Shown here: positions 19,376 to 28,491 of the stretch, in pieces | How positions within the stretch are numbered: position 1 is the first letter of the stretch | Layout of the letters: every line of letters begins with the position of its first letter | NCBI GenBank assembly: GCA_020848745.1 | Contig: JADLHM010000110.1 | Location: 12,688 to 76,687 of the forward strand | Source: Deltaproteobacteria bacterium | Lineage (GTDB): Bacteria > Desulfobacterota > Binatia > UTPRO1 | Length of the DNA stretch: 64,000 nt | Direction: 5' to 3' | Position numbers and translations under genes: made by a program | The notes under the pieces: generated by a model | Told to the model about the DNA's origin: nothing | What the model saw: only the letters and a program-made list of their open reading frames with translations | The model's database searches: none

Positions 19376-19597
19376 ATGGCCAGGATCACCGTCGAAGATT
19401 GTCTCGAGAACGTCGAGAACCGTTTCCAGCTCGTGCTGCTCGCCGCCAAACGCGCGAAACAACTCCTCAAGGGGTCGCGTCCCCTGCTCGAGAGCGACAA
19501 CAAAGAGGTGGTGACGGCTCTACGCGAGATCGGCGCCGGCAAGGTCAAGATGGCGACCGAGGGCAAATCCGCGGCGGTGGCCGACCAAGCGAGCTGA
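19376..19597 (+). CDS. rpoZ: DNA-directed RNA polymerase subunit omega
   Basis: 73-aa product [30 protein letters not shown], a near-canonical RpoZ N-terminus. Confidence 0.8.
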   Translation: MARITVEDCLENVENRFQLVLLAAKRAKQLLKGSRPLLESDNKEVVTALREIGAGKVKMATEGKSAAVADQAS

Positions 19598-19664
19598 CCC
19601 CGCGTTCCGCCGGGCCGACGCGTCGGCGTGAGCCGATCCCGCGTCCGACCAGGCAGTGACGTCC

Positions 19665-20780
19665 ATGGCGACACGCGATCTCTACGGTGAGCTCGGGGTC
19701 AAACGCAGCGCGACCGCGGACGAGATAAAGAAGGCCTACCGCAAGCTCGCTCGGAAGCACCATCCCGACGTCAATCCCGGGAACCGCGAGGCCGAGGAGC
19801 GCTTCAAGCGCATCTCGTTCGCGCACGATGTGCTCTCCGACGCGGAGAAGCGCAAGGTCTACGACGAGTTCGGTGAGGAGGGCCTGCAATCCGGCTTCGA
19901 TGCCGATCGCGCGCGCGAGTTCAAGCGCGCTCAGGGGTCGGGGGGCGGCGGGTTCGGCGGCAAGGGCGGCGGCGCTCGCTACTCGAGCTTCGAGGACATC
20001 TTCGGCGACATCTTCGGCGGCGGGCGCGGCGCGGCGCTTGCGGAGCAGGGAGCGGACGTCGAGACCACGCTCGACATCGACCTCCTCGACGCGATCCGCG
20101 GCACGACGGCGACGGTGCAGCTCGCCAAGCCGGGCGAGTGCGCCGTCTGTCGCGGTACCGGTGGGCAGGGGCCCGGGACGACGTGTCCCGACTGCCGCGG
20201 TCGCGGGCAGGTCAAAATGGGGGGCGGCCCGATGTCGTTCGGCCGACGCTGTGAGCGCTGCGGCGGCTCCGGTCGGATCCCGTCCGAACCGTGTCCGGCG
20301 TGCCGCGGTCGCGGCATCACCGAGAAGCTCGAAAAGCTGAACGTGAAGATCCCTGCGGGCGTCGCCGACGGATCGCGCATTCGGCTCGCCGGGAAGGGGG
20401 GCGCGGGACGCGGCGGCGCGCCTCCCGGCGACCTCTACATCGTTGCGCGGGTCCGCTCGCACCCGCGCCTCGAGCGCCGCGACCGGGACCTCTACCTGCA
20501 GGTGCCGGTCACGATCGGCGAGGCGATGCACGGCGCCACCATCGACGTCCCGACGCCGGATGCCACCGTGAAGCTCAAGATCCCTCCGGGGAGCCAGAGC
20601 GGCAGCAAGCTCCGCCTGCGCGGCAAGGGCGTGCCCGCGATGAAGGGGGGCGAGCGCGGCGATCTCTACGTCGTCCTGCAGGTGCACGTGCCGCCCGATG
20701 GCGACGAACGCACGCGCGAGGCGGTGCGTGCCCTCGAGGCGAGCTATCAGGGGAGCCCGCGCGCGGGCTTCACGTTGTGA
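19665..20780 (+). CDS. dnaJ: molecular chaperone DnaJ
   Basis: J-domain with HPD ([16 protein letters not shown]), G/F-rich linker, four CxxCxGxG zinc-finger repeats, C-terminal substrate-binding domains. Confidence 0.8.
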   Translation: MATRDLYGELGVKRSATADEIKKAYRKLARKHHPDVNPGNREAEERFKRISFAHDVLSDAEKRKVYDEFGEEGLQSGFDADRAREFKRAQGSGGGGFGGKGGGARYSSFEDIFGDIFGGGRGAALAEQGADVETTLDIDLLDAIRGTTATVQLAKPGECAVCRGTGGQGPGTTCPDCRGRGQVKMGGGPMSFGRRCERCGGSGRIPSEPCPACRGRGITEKLEKLNVKIPAGVADGSRIRLAGKGGAGRGGAPPGDLYIVARVRSHPRLERRDRDLYLQVPVTIGEAMHGATIDVPTPDATVKLKIPPGSQSGSKLRLRGKGVPAMKGGERGDLYVVLQVHVPPDGDERTREAVRALEASYQGSPRAGFTL

Positions 20781-20782
20781 TC

Positions 20783-21118
20783 ATGTCGAGCAAGTACCTC
20801 CCGCTATCGGAAGCCGCGGCGCGCCTCGGGTGTTCCGCGGACTTCATCGAGAGCTTGGAGAGGGAAGGCCTGGTCGATCTGAAGCGAACACTCGACGACG
20901 TCGTCGTAATCTCGGCCGACGCGATCGAGCGCGTGCGCTTCATCGCGCTTCTCACCGAGGAGCTCGAGGTGAACTTGCCGGGCGCCGAGGTCATCGTGCA
21001 CATGCGCGACGACATGATCGCGATGCAGCGGCAGTTCGAGGAGATCCTCGCGAGTCTCGTCGACGAGGTGAAGCGTGGCATCGCGAGCGGCGTCCGGCGG
21101 CCGCGGGGCGGCGAATGA
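20783..21118 (+). CDS. MerR family transcriptional regulator (HspR-like heat-shock repressor candidate)
   Basis: 111-aa product from an ATG 2 nt after the dnaJ stop. MerR-type HTH (LSEAAARLGCSADFIESLEREGLV). Position between dnaJ and rpoH. Confidence 0.65.
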   Translation: MSSKYLPLSEAAARLGCSADFIESLEREGLVDLKRTLDDVVVISADAIERVRFIALLTEELEVNLPGAEVIVHMRDDMIAMQRQFEEILASLVDEVKRGIASGVRRPRGGE

Positions 21119-22218
21119 GCCCGCGGCGCGCGCGCGGTCGCGCAACCGGCGTCTCGGCGCCCGCAGCAGGGTCCCATGCCGCGACCGAGCCGGTGCGCGA
21201 TGGTGACGACGAGCGCGAGGTCGCGGTCGAGATCGTCCTCGACGACGCCCCCGACGCCGTCGAGCTGAAGTCCGATGCCGATACGCGCGGGAATGAGGGG
21301 TCCCGCAGTCCCGGGCGCGCGCCGGCGGACGCCGAGCCGGAAAGGGAAGAGCGCGGCGCGCTCGTCACGTACGATCCCCTGCAGCGCTACCTGCAGGAGA
21401 TCCGCCGCTACTCGCTCTTGAGCCGCGAAGAGGAGCACGCCCTCGCCGTGCGCTATCAGGCCGAGGGCGACGTCGAGGCCGCGTACAAGCTCGTGACCGG
21501 GAACCTGCGCCTCGTCGTCATGATCGCACGCGAGTACCAGCGCTCGTTTCGCAACCTCCTCGACCTCGTCCAGGAGGGCAACATCGGCCTCATGGAGGCG
21601 GTGAAGAACTTCGATCCGTACCGCGGCGTCCGTTTCCCGTCGTACGCGGTCTGGTGGATCCGCGCGTACATCATCCGCTACGTCATCAACAACTGGCGCA
21701 TGGTGAAGCTCGGCACCACCCAGGCGCAGCGGAAGCTCTTCTTCAACCTCCAGAAGGAGAAGGACCGGCTCGAGCGCGAGGGCTTCGTCGCCGGTCCCAA
21801 GCTCCTCGCCGACCGCCTCGGCGTGAAGGAGAAGGAGATCGTCGAGATGCAGCAACGTCTCGCCGCGAGCGATCTCTCGGTCGACACGCCGCTTCGCGAC
21901 GGCGAGGACGCGACGATGCTCGACGTCCTCCGGAGCGACGCCGATACCGCCGAAGAGGCCGTCGCCGACGCCGAGTTCCGGACCCTCGTCGGCGCGCGCA
22001 TCCGCGAGTTCGGGCAGATGCTGAAGGACAAAGATCGGGTCATCTTCGACCACCGCCTGCTCGCCGAGGACCCGATGACGCTCCAGGAGATCGGCGATCG
22101 CTACGGCATCAGCCGGGAACGAGTGCGGCAGATCGAGAACCGGGTGAAGCGGAAGCTCCGAGCGCATCTCGAGGAGCATTTTCCCGACCTGCGGGGCGTC
22201 GATCTGAGCTACGTCTGA
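21115..22218 (+). CDS. rpoH: RNA polymerase sigma-32 factor RpoH (with long N-terminal extension)
   Basis: C-terminal 290 aa carry sigma70 regions 2-4 and the RpoH box QRKLFFNLQ. ATG at 21115 overlaps the upstream stop. True start may be further downstream. Confidence 0.75.
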   Translation: MSPRRARGRATGVSAPAAGSHAATEPVRDGDDEREVAVEIVLDDAPDAVELKSDADTRGNEGSRSPGRAPADAEPEREERGALVTYDPLQRYLQEIRRYSLLSREEEHALAVRYQAEGDVEAAYKLVTGNLRLVVMIAREYQRSFRNLLDLVQEGNIGLMEAVKNFDPYRGVRFPSYAVWWIRAYIIRYVINNWRMVKLGTTQAQRKLFFNLQKEKDRLEREGFVAGPKLLADRLGVKEKEIVEMQQRLAASDLSVDTPLRDGEDATMLDVLRSDADTAEEAVADAEFRTLVGARIREFGQMLKDKDRVIFDHRLLAEDPMTLQEIGDRYGISRERVRQIENRVKRKLRAHLEEHFPDLRGVDLSYV

Positions 22219-22227
22219 ACCGCGGAT

Positions 22228-22524
22228 TCAGGCGAGGAGCGCGCGCGCCTCGTCGGACATCATCTCCGGTGCCCACGCGGGCTCGTCGACGAGGCTCACG
22301 AATACGCGGCCGATCTCGGGTATCCGGCGCGCGATCGTGCGGCTCGCGGTGTCGACCAGGTATCCCGATAGCGGGCACGTGGGCGACGTCATCGAGAGCT
22401 GCACGTGTACCGCATCCTCCTCGAGCGCGATGCCATAGACGAGTCCGAGGTCGACGACGTTCACGCCGATCTCGGGATCGATTACCAGCCGCAGCGCGTC
22501 GACCACGTCGTCAACGCGAGTCAT
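22228..22524 (-). CDS. DUF59 / MIP18-family metal-sulfur cluster assembly factor
   Basis: 98-aa product with DPEIGVNVVDLGLVY and a single TSPTCP Cys typical of SufT/PaaD-like DUF59 proteins. Confidence 0.7.
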   Translation of the reverse strand: MTRVDDVVDALRLVIDPEIGVNVVDLGLVYGIALEEDAVHVQLSMTSPTCPLSGYLVDTASRTIARRIPEIGRVFVSLVDEPAWAPEMMSDEARALLA

Positions 22525-23650
22525 GGAGCCTCCCGCGGACGACGGCGGCGATCGTGTTCGCGAAGAAGAGCGCGATCGCGGCGGCGTTCAGCAATGCGGC
22601 CCACTGGCGGATGCTCGCCGCGTCCGCGATGTCGGCGACCAGACGCGCCAGCAGCGAGGCGTGCAGCAGCGCGAGGTGGGCGTAGAAGGCGCGGTGGAAG
22701 GGGATGGCGACTCCGAGCACGGCGGGGAACACGATCGGCGCATGGCCGAAGATCATCGCGAAGACGAAGCCGAGGAAGACGGCGTGCAGCACGGCGTCGT
22801 ACTGCGGCCCCGCGACCACGGCGCCGCCGCCGACCAGGAGTATCCCGGCGGCTGCCAGCCAGGCGTAGCCCGACAGGAGGCAGACCGCCGTGAATCGCGG
22901 CAAGCCGTGCTGTCGGACGGTGCGGCGTGCCAGGTCGTACCGTCCGAGCCAGGCGGCGAGCGCCGCGAGCGCGAGCCCGGTCGCGCGCGCGGAGGTCGGG
23001 CCGCCGACGCCGCCCGCCGCGACCGAGACGAGGAGGAGCGTGGCGACGGCGACGAAGCTCTCACGGCTGCCCCGCGCGGCCGGCAACAGGCGGGTGAGCT
23101 CGAGCCGCTCGGCGGCGATGGTCAGGACAAGGAAGGTCACCCACCACGACACGTAGGCCGGGCTCGCCGCGCCACCGAGCCAGAAGAGGTTGCCCACCAT
23201 CCAGCAGGCGGCTCCGCACGTCATGACACCGAGGAAGAGCGTCGGCCGCGCCGCGACGACGCTGGTGAGCGCCGAGACGAGGACGAGGCTGCCGATCGTC
23301 GCCCCGGCCGGGGCGACGATGGCGGGCGCGCCGGCGACGTGGGCGAGGACGCCGAGGCCGCTCGCGATCGGACCGGCGTAGACCCAGGCGCGTCCGAGCG
23401 CGACCGCGCGTTCGAGCCCGATCAGGGTGCCGAGAAACCCCGCGATCATGAGCGGCCCGTGGTCGATCGGATACGCGGCGCCGGGACCGACGACCTCCCA
23501 GCCGATCCGGCGGAGGCCCGTGGCGATTCCGGCTGCGAGGGCCGCGAACGCGAGCGCGAGGACGGGAAGGCGATGCGCTTTCACGCCGGACGCGGCGAGC
23601 CCGTGCGCGGGGTGCGCGTCCGATCGCGTCGAGGCTGCGGCCCTCGCCAT
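22511..23650 (-). CDS. polytopic membrane protein (His-rich helices; NnrS-like? family uncertain)
   Basis: ORF 22511..23791 trimmed to MARAAAS at 23650. About 10 predicted TM helices with conserved His in IDHGPL, FGHAPIVFP, FHRAFYAHL. Start uncertain. Confidence 0.45.
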   Translation of the reverse strand: MARAAASTRSDAHPAHGLAASGVKAHRLPVLALAFAALAAGIATGLRRIGWEVVGPGAAYPIDHGPLMIAGFLGTLIGLERAVALGRAWVYAGPIASGLGVLAHVAGAPAIVAPAGATIGSLVLVSALTSVVAARPTLFLGVMTCGAACWMVGNLFWLGGAASPAYVSWWVTFLVLTIAAERLELTRLLPAARGSRESFVAVATLLLVSVAAGGVGGPTSARATGLALAALAAWLGRYDLARRTVRQHGLPRFTAVCLLSGYAWLAAAGILLVGGGAVVAGPQYDAVLHAVFLGFVFAMIFGHAPIVFPAVLGVAIPFHRAFYAHLALLHASLLARLVADIADAASIRQWAALLNAAAIALFFANTIAAVVRGRLHDSR

Positions 23651-23886
23651 GCGTTGACGCGGGTGCAAGTTCCACACCGCGCGTCTCGTCGGTACCGTCG
23701 CGCGACGAAGCGCGCGCGCTTTCCCACCACTGCGAGCGGCTTTCGGGGCCGCTTCGCAGCCGTGAGAAAGAGCGGGAGGCAATGGCCTCACGCGGGAGTA
23801 TCCGATCGAGAAGCTCCTGCGCGACGGCCGCGCGACGATGATCGGGGACGGTTGCTCGGAGCGGGGCCCTTGTTTTACCGGCGCCC

Positions 23887-25128
23887 GTGTGGAGTCTCTG
23901 CGGGGTGACCCGCGTCGACATCCCCGTGTCGCTCGCCGGCCTCGGTGAGCCGGCGGCGACCTCGCATCCCTTCTGGGGCCGCGCTTTCCGGCCCTTCTTC
24001 CTACTTGGCTGCGTCCAGGCCGCCTTTCTCGTGCCGCTCTGGACGGCGATGTGGCGCGGCGCGGTGCCGGCGCCCGCGTGGCTCACGCCACCGTGGTGGC
24101 ACGCGCACGAGATGCTCTTCGGCTTCGTTGCGGCCGCGATCGCGGGCTTCCTGCTCACCGCCGCGCCGGTGTGGACCGGACGCCCGGCGCTCACCGGGGC
24201 GCCGCTCGCCGCGCTCGTGGCGCTCTGGGTCGCGGGACGGGCGGCGATGCTCGCCGCCGGCGTCCTGCCGCCCGCGCTCGTCGCGCTCGTCGACGGCGCA
24301 TTCCTCCCGGCCGTGGCGCTCGTCGTCACGCGTACGGTGTGGCGTACCGGTCAGGTCCGCAACTACGGCGTCGTCGCCATGGTGATGGTCCTCGCGGCGA
24401 CGAACCTCGCTGTGCACGCGCAGGCGCTCGATCTCGCCGACGCCTCCGCCGCCCGCGGTCTGCGGTGCGCGCTCGACCTCGTGACGGCGCTCGTGGTGGT
24501 GATCGGCGGACGGATCACGCCGGCCTTCACGGCCAACGCTTTCTTGCGGGCGGGCATCGACGCGGAGGTGCGGGGGTGGCGTTGGCTGGATCGCCTCGCC
24601 GTCGCGACGGCCGTGCTCGTGGTGGTCGGCGACCTCGTGGCGCCGGGGACCGCCGCGAGCGGAGTCCTCGCGGGCGCGGCGGCGCTCGCGGTCGGCGCGC
24701 GGCTCGCTGGATGGCGGAGCCTGCGCACCTGGCGCGATCCGCTCGTATGGTCGTTGCATGCCGGCATGGCGTGGGTCGTCGTCGGCTACCTGCTGGTCGC
24801 GGCCAGCAACCTCGGGGCCGCGATTGCACCGAGCGCCGGCGTCCATGCCCTCACGGCGGGCGCGATGGGCGCGATGATCATGGCGGTCGTGACGCGTGTG
24901 AGCCTTGGCCACACGGGTCGTCCGCTCGTTCTGCCACGCGGCGCGGCGGCCGCGTACGGCCTCGTCCACGCCGGCGCCCTTCTGCGCGTGTGCGCGGCGA
25001 TCCATGCCGGCGCGGCCGGGACCCTCCTCGTCGCAGGGGGACTCGTCTGGGCGGCGGCGTTCGCCGTTTTCGTCTGGGTGTATGCTCCGATCCTCGTGAG
25101 CGCCCGCGCCGACGGGAAGCCGGGGTGA
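23887..25128 (+). CDS. NnrS family protein (NO-response haem/copper membrane protein)
   Basis: 413-aa polytopic protein with the NnrS signature WWHAHEMLFGF near the N-terminus and 12 TM-like segments. Confidence 0.75.
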   Translation: MWSLCGVTRVDIPVSLAGLGEPAATSHPFWGRAFRPFFLLGCVQAAFLVPLWTAMWRGAVPAPAWLTPPWWHAHEMLFGFVAAAIAGFLLTAAPVWTGRPALTGAPLAALVALWVAGRAAMLAAGVLPPALVALVDGAFLPAVALVVTRTVWRTGQVRNYGVVAMVMVLAATNLAVHAQALDLADASAARGLRCALDLVTALVVVIGGRITPAFTANAFLRAGIDAEVRGWRWLDRLAVATAVLVVVGDLVAPGTAASGVLAGAAALAVGARLAGWRSLRTWRDPLVWSLHAGMAWVVVGYLLVAASNLGAAIAPSAGVHALTAGAMGAMIMAVVTRVSLGHTGRPLVLPRGAAAAYGLVHAGALLRVCAAIHAGAAGTLLVAGGLVWAAAFAVFVWVYAPILVSARADGKPG

Positions 25129-25186
25129 TGTCGGTCACGTGGCGCGACCAGCGCCCCTTGCGGCGAATCCACGTGCGTGACGTCAT

Positions 25187-26221
25187 GTGCGGATGAAGAT
25201 GCCGAATCGTCCCCGCTACTGGAGCGTGATCGGTCCGATGCCCGCGGCGGAGCTGACCGCCACGTGCCGGATGCTCGAGGCCGTCGGCGTCGACGGCCTC
25301 TTCGCGCCGCAGGTGCTCGGGCCGCCGTGGATACCGCTCGCAGCGGCGGCGGCGGTGACCGAGCGCGTCCAGCTCGCGAGCGGCATCGCGATCGCGGCGG
25401 CGCGGAGCCCCTTCGAGACGGCGATGGCCGCACTCGACCTCGATCGCCTGAGCGGCGGACGGTTCGTGCTCGGGCTCGGGACGAGCGTGCTCGCGTGGAC
25501 GCGCGGCATCTTCGGGTCGCCGGTCGAAAAGCAGGTCTCGCACCTCAGGGAGACGGTGGCCGCGATCCGGCACGTCATTGCCGGTGCCCACGCGGGGCTG
25601 GCGCCGTTCGAGGGCGAGTTCTATCGCGCGGACTTCCGGGAGCTCCAGCCGACGCCGCCTCCCGTGCGTTCCACCATCCCGATCTGGATCGCGGCTCTGC
25701 GCGAGAAGATGGTGGCCCTCGCGGCCGAGGTCGGCGATGGCCTCATCGGCCACCCGATGTGGTCCATCGAGTGGACGCTCGAGCGCATGCGGCCCGCCTT
25801 CGAAGCGGCGCTCACGCACGCCGGCCGGCGGCGCGCCGACGTCGAGGTGAACCTCTGGTACTGGGCTGCCCCCGGACCGGACGAGCGCCAGGCGCTCGAC
25901 GATGCGCGGCCGACGATGGCGTTCTACGGCGGCGTCGCCCAGTACGAGCCGTTCTTCGCGGCCCACGGCTTCGCCGAGGTCGCGCAGAAGCTCCAGGCCG
26001 CCGTGCAGCGCGGCGACTACCGGAGCGCCGCGGCGCTCGTGCCCGACGACATGGTCCGGACCTTCGTCGCGGTCGGCGAGCGCGATGCGATCCGCGCGCG
26101 CTTCGCGGCGGTCGCGGAGTTTGCCGACTCCCTCTGCGTCGTGCCGCCGGTGTACGCGCTCGCGCCGGAACGGGCGATGGCGTACGGCGCCGGGATCGCC
26201 GAGGCGCTCTATGGGTCCTGA
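25187..26221 (+). CDS. LLM class (luciferase-like) flavin/F420-dependent oxidoreductase
   Basis: 344-aa TIM-barrel LLM family features (GVDGLFAPQ, LGLGTS, IPIWIAALREKM). Confidence 0.75.
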   Translation: MRMKMPNRPRYWSVIGPMPAAELTATCRMLEAVGVDGLFAPQVLGPPWIPLAAAAAVTERVQLASGIAIAAARSPFETAMAALDLDRLSGGRFVLGLGTSVLAWTRGIFGSPVEKQVSHLRETVAAIRHVIAGAHAGLAPFEGEFYRADFRELQPTPPPVRSTIPIWIAALREKMVALAAEVGDGLIGHPMWSIEWTLERMRPAFEAALTHAGRRRADVEVNLWYWAAPGPDERQALDDARPTMAFYGGVAQYEPFFAAHGFAEVAQKLQAAVQRGDYRSAAALVPDDMVRTFVAVGERDAIRARFAAVAEFADSLCVVPPVYALAPERAMAYGAGIAEALYGS

Positions 26222-27149
26222 TACGCCGGCGCCGGCCGATCTCATGCGCGCACGGCTCGGCGGATGCTATCGCGACGACGCCCCGTATCCCGCCGCCGTC
26301 GTGAACGTCACCAATCGGTGCAACCTCGCGTGCACGCACTGCTTCGTGTTCCGTGCCGGCAATCCCAACGAGGCGCCGACGTCGGTGCGCGACGAGATGA
26401 GCGACACGGCCGTCCTCGACACGCTCGTGCGCCTGCGCGACCGCCACGGGATCCGCACCATGCTCTGGATGGGGGGCGAGCCGCTCCTGCGCCGTGCGCT
26501 CCTGACGGCGGGCCTGCGACTCTTCGCGCGCAACGTCATCACCACCAATGGCACCGTGCCGCTCGTGGATTTCGGACCGGACGTCCTCTACGTCGTGAGC
26601 CTCGACGGCCCCGAGGACCTGAACGACGCGCTCCGCGGCGCCGGGACGTATCGGCGCGTCATGCGGACGCTCGACCGTCTGCCGTCCGGCTTCGCGACGC
26701 CGGTGCAGGTGCAGTGCGTGGTGACGCGCCGGAACGAGCATCGGCTCGAGGAGCTCGTGGCTGCGCTGCGTCGCACCTGCGTCCGCTGGCTCACCTTCAG
26801 TTGGTACGTCCCGCGACGCGACGACGCGAGCGGCGACGCGTGGCCGGACAACGCCGCCCGCGCCTGGTCGGTCGGCGAGGTGCAGCGGCTGAAACGCCTC
26901 CATCCCGGCTTCATCCGCAATTCCGCCGAGAGCCTTGCGCTCATGCTGCCGCCCGCGTGCGAGCGGGTGACGACCGCCTGTCCGGCGCAGGCGCACGTGC
27001 TGCCGCTCTGGATGGAGGGCGATCACTTCGCGACGCCGTACTGCTGCTACGGCAACGACGTCGACTGCGCCCGGTGCGGCGCATGGGTGGTCTTCAGCCT
27101 GGCCGCGAAACGCGCGGCCGCGGAGCGGGGCGGGGACGCGCCGGCGTGA
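26211..27149 (+). CDS. radical SAM protein with C-terminal Cys-rich (twitch/SPASM-like) region
   Basis: ATG at 26211 overlaps the LLM gene by 11 nt. CNLACTHC radical SAM CxxxCxxC motif. C-terminal cysteines (ACPAQ...PYCCYGNDVDCARCG). Embedded in artefactual ORF 25902..27149. Confidence 0.75.
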   Translation: MGPDTPAPADLMRARLGGCYRDDAPYPAAVVNVTNRCNLACTHCFVFRAGNPNEAPTSVRDEMSDTAVLDTLVRLRDRHGIRTMLWMGGEPLLRRALLTAGLRLFARNVITTNGTVPLVDFGPDVLYVVSLDGPEDLNDALRGAGTYRRVMRTLDRLPSGFATPVQVQCVVTRRNEHRLEELVAALRRTCVRWLTFSWYVPRRDDASGDAWPDNAARAWSVGEVQRLKRLHPGFIRNSAESLALMLPPACERVTTACPAQAHVLPLWMEGDHFATPYCCYGNDVDCARCGAWVVFSLAAKRAAAERGGDAPA

Positions 27150-27808
27150 AGCTGATCGAGGAGCTCCGTGCCGAGCACGAGCTGATCGAAGCCGTCGTCG
27201 GGGCGCTCCGCACGTGGGTCGAGCGGTACCTGGCCGGCGCGGCTGGCGCGGACGATGGCCTGCGCTTCGTGCGTTTCTTCCGCGTCTACGCCGCCGGGCT
27301 CCACCACGGGCGCGAGGAGGATCTGCTGTTTCGCGCGCTCGTCGGCTCGGCGTGCCTGCCCGACGCAGGTCCGATCGCCGTGTTGCGCGACGATCACCGG
27401 CGGACCGACGTCGTGCTCTCGCGGATCGAAGCGCTGGTGTCGAGCGCGTCTCCGCTCGACGAGACGCGCGCTCACGAGCTGCGGTGCCGCGCCGTCGAGT
27501 ACTCGCACGCCTTGTGGCGGCACATCGACGCCGAGAACTCGGTGTTGTTTCCCGAGAGCGAGCCGCGCCTCCGGAGGGCCGGTGTCTTCGAGCTGCCGAC
27601 TCGCCCGCCGACCGTCGAGGAGGACGAGGCGCACGACCTCGGCCGCGCGCTCGTGGCCGCCTACCCGCCGCTCCACGACCCCGAGGTCGTGCGCGGCGAC
27701 GGCTGTGTCTGCTGCCCGGCCCTCGGCGAGAGCTGTCCCGGCCTTGAGCACGCGTGGTGGAGCGACTCGGAGTGGGAGGAGCTCGACGACCACCTCGGAG
27801 AGGGGTAG
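27146..27808 (+). CDS. hemerythrin-like domain protein with Cys-rich C-terminal tail
   Basis: GTG overlaps the radical SAM stop (GTGA). HHGREEDLLF and HIDAEN hemerythrin cation-binding motifs. C-terminal GDGCVCCPALGESCPGLEH. Confidence 0.7.
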   Translation: MKLIEELRAEHELIEAVVGALRTWVERYLAGAAGADDGLRFVRFFRVYAAGLHHGREEDLLFRALVGSACLPDAGPIAVLRDDHRRTDVVLSRIEALVSSASPLDETRAHELRCRAVEYSHALWRHIDAENSVLFPESEPRLRRAGVFELPTRPPTVEEDEAHDLGRALVAAYPPLHDPEVVRGDGCVCCPALGESCPGLEHAWWSDSEWEELDDHLGEG

Positions 27809-28095
27809 CGGCCCCGCCGCTCTTCACGATCGCGAGCCTTCAGGAGCCGGACCGTTCCTGCGGGAAGACGGCTTGCCGCCTCGGCCCGGCGGATGCCGTC
27901 CCCGCCCCGGCCGAACTCCCGGAAAACACTCCGAGAATGGGAATCGACGACCTTCGTCATGATGATCGCTGACGTTGGTCATAGGTGCATCACTAGCCCG
28001 TGCGTAGAGATGCCTCTAAGTATGGAGTCGTCTCTACGATTGTCGATGCCGGGGGCTCCGGGGCCCTGGCGCTCGAATCCATCGGAGGTGTCGCA

Positions 28096-28491
28096 ATGAC
28101 CGGAGGTGCCGCAATGACGTTGAGCCGGAACGCGGAAGCGGTGGCGCCGCCAGAGGCGCGCCCGACGGTGGTCGCCACCAAGCGCCTGTCCAGCAAGGAG
28201 GAGCCGCCCGGATCGGGCGAGGCCACCGGCTCCCGCGGCGCCATGCTGATGCGGTCGACCGGACTCGGGAAGGCGGAGCTCGTCGCCGAGATCGTCGGGC
28301 TGAGCCGCCAGGGTGACTACCTGATCATGGAGCTGCAGACCACCAAGCCGGTGCGATGGAAGATCCGCGGCGGTCTGAGCCACAAGGACCTGCGCATGCT
28401 CCTGCGGGCGATGATGAAGCGCTCCGTGATGTCGTTCCTGTTCAACGTCCGTGCGTGGTTCCGGGAGCCGGTACATCCAGGGGATTTCTGA
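28096..28491 (+). CDS. hypothetical small protein, translationally coupled to the first flavoenzyme of the array
   Basis: Two tandem copies of GGAGGTG-N5-ATG (ATGs at about 28096 and 28114) in frame with ORF 28000..28491. Stop overlaps the next gene's ATG as TGATG. No family recognised. Confidence 0.4.
   Translation: MTGGAAMTLSRNAEAVAPPEARPTVVATKRLSSKEEPPGSGEATGSRGAMLMRSTGLGKAELVAEIVGLSRQGDYLIMELQTTKPVRWKIRGGLSHKDLRMLLRAMMKRSVMSFLFNVRAWFREPVHPGDF

Noticed and set aside
18808-19674. Full-length 288-aa minus ORF
   Set aside because: Its 5' half overlaps rpoZ (a near-canonical omega subunit) on the opposite strand. Trimmed to the internal Met at 19260.
22218-22228. Possible terminator palindrome TGAACCGCGGATTCA after rpoH
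   Set aside because: Imperfect repeat (arms not fully complementary) and only 10 nt separate convergent genes. Not reported as a feature.
25812-27827. 671-aa minus ORF over the radical SAM and hemerythrin genes, and 33153..35765 - (870 aa) plus 28317..30041 - over the flavoenzyme array
   Set aside because: Arg/Pro-rich nonsense translations. The plus-strand genes carry FAD, radical SAM and hemerythrin motifs with RBS-supported starts.
28000-28095. Upstream extension of the small leader ORF to position 28000
   Set aside because: The extension would put the GTAGAGA...TCTCTAC palindrome inside the coding region and lacks an RBS. The duplicated GGAGGTG-ATG modules at 28096 and 28114 are far better start candidates.
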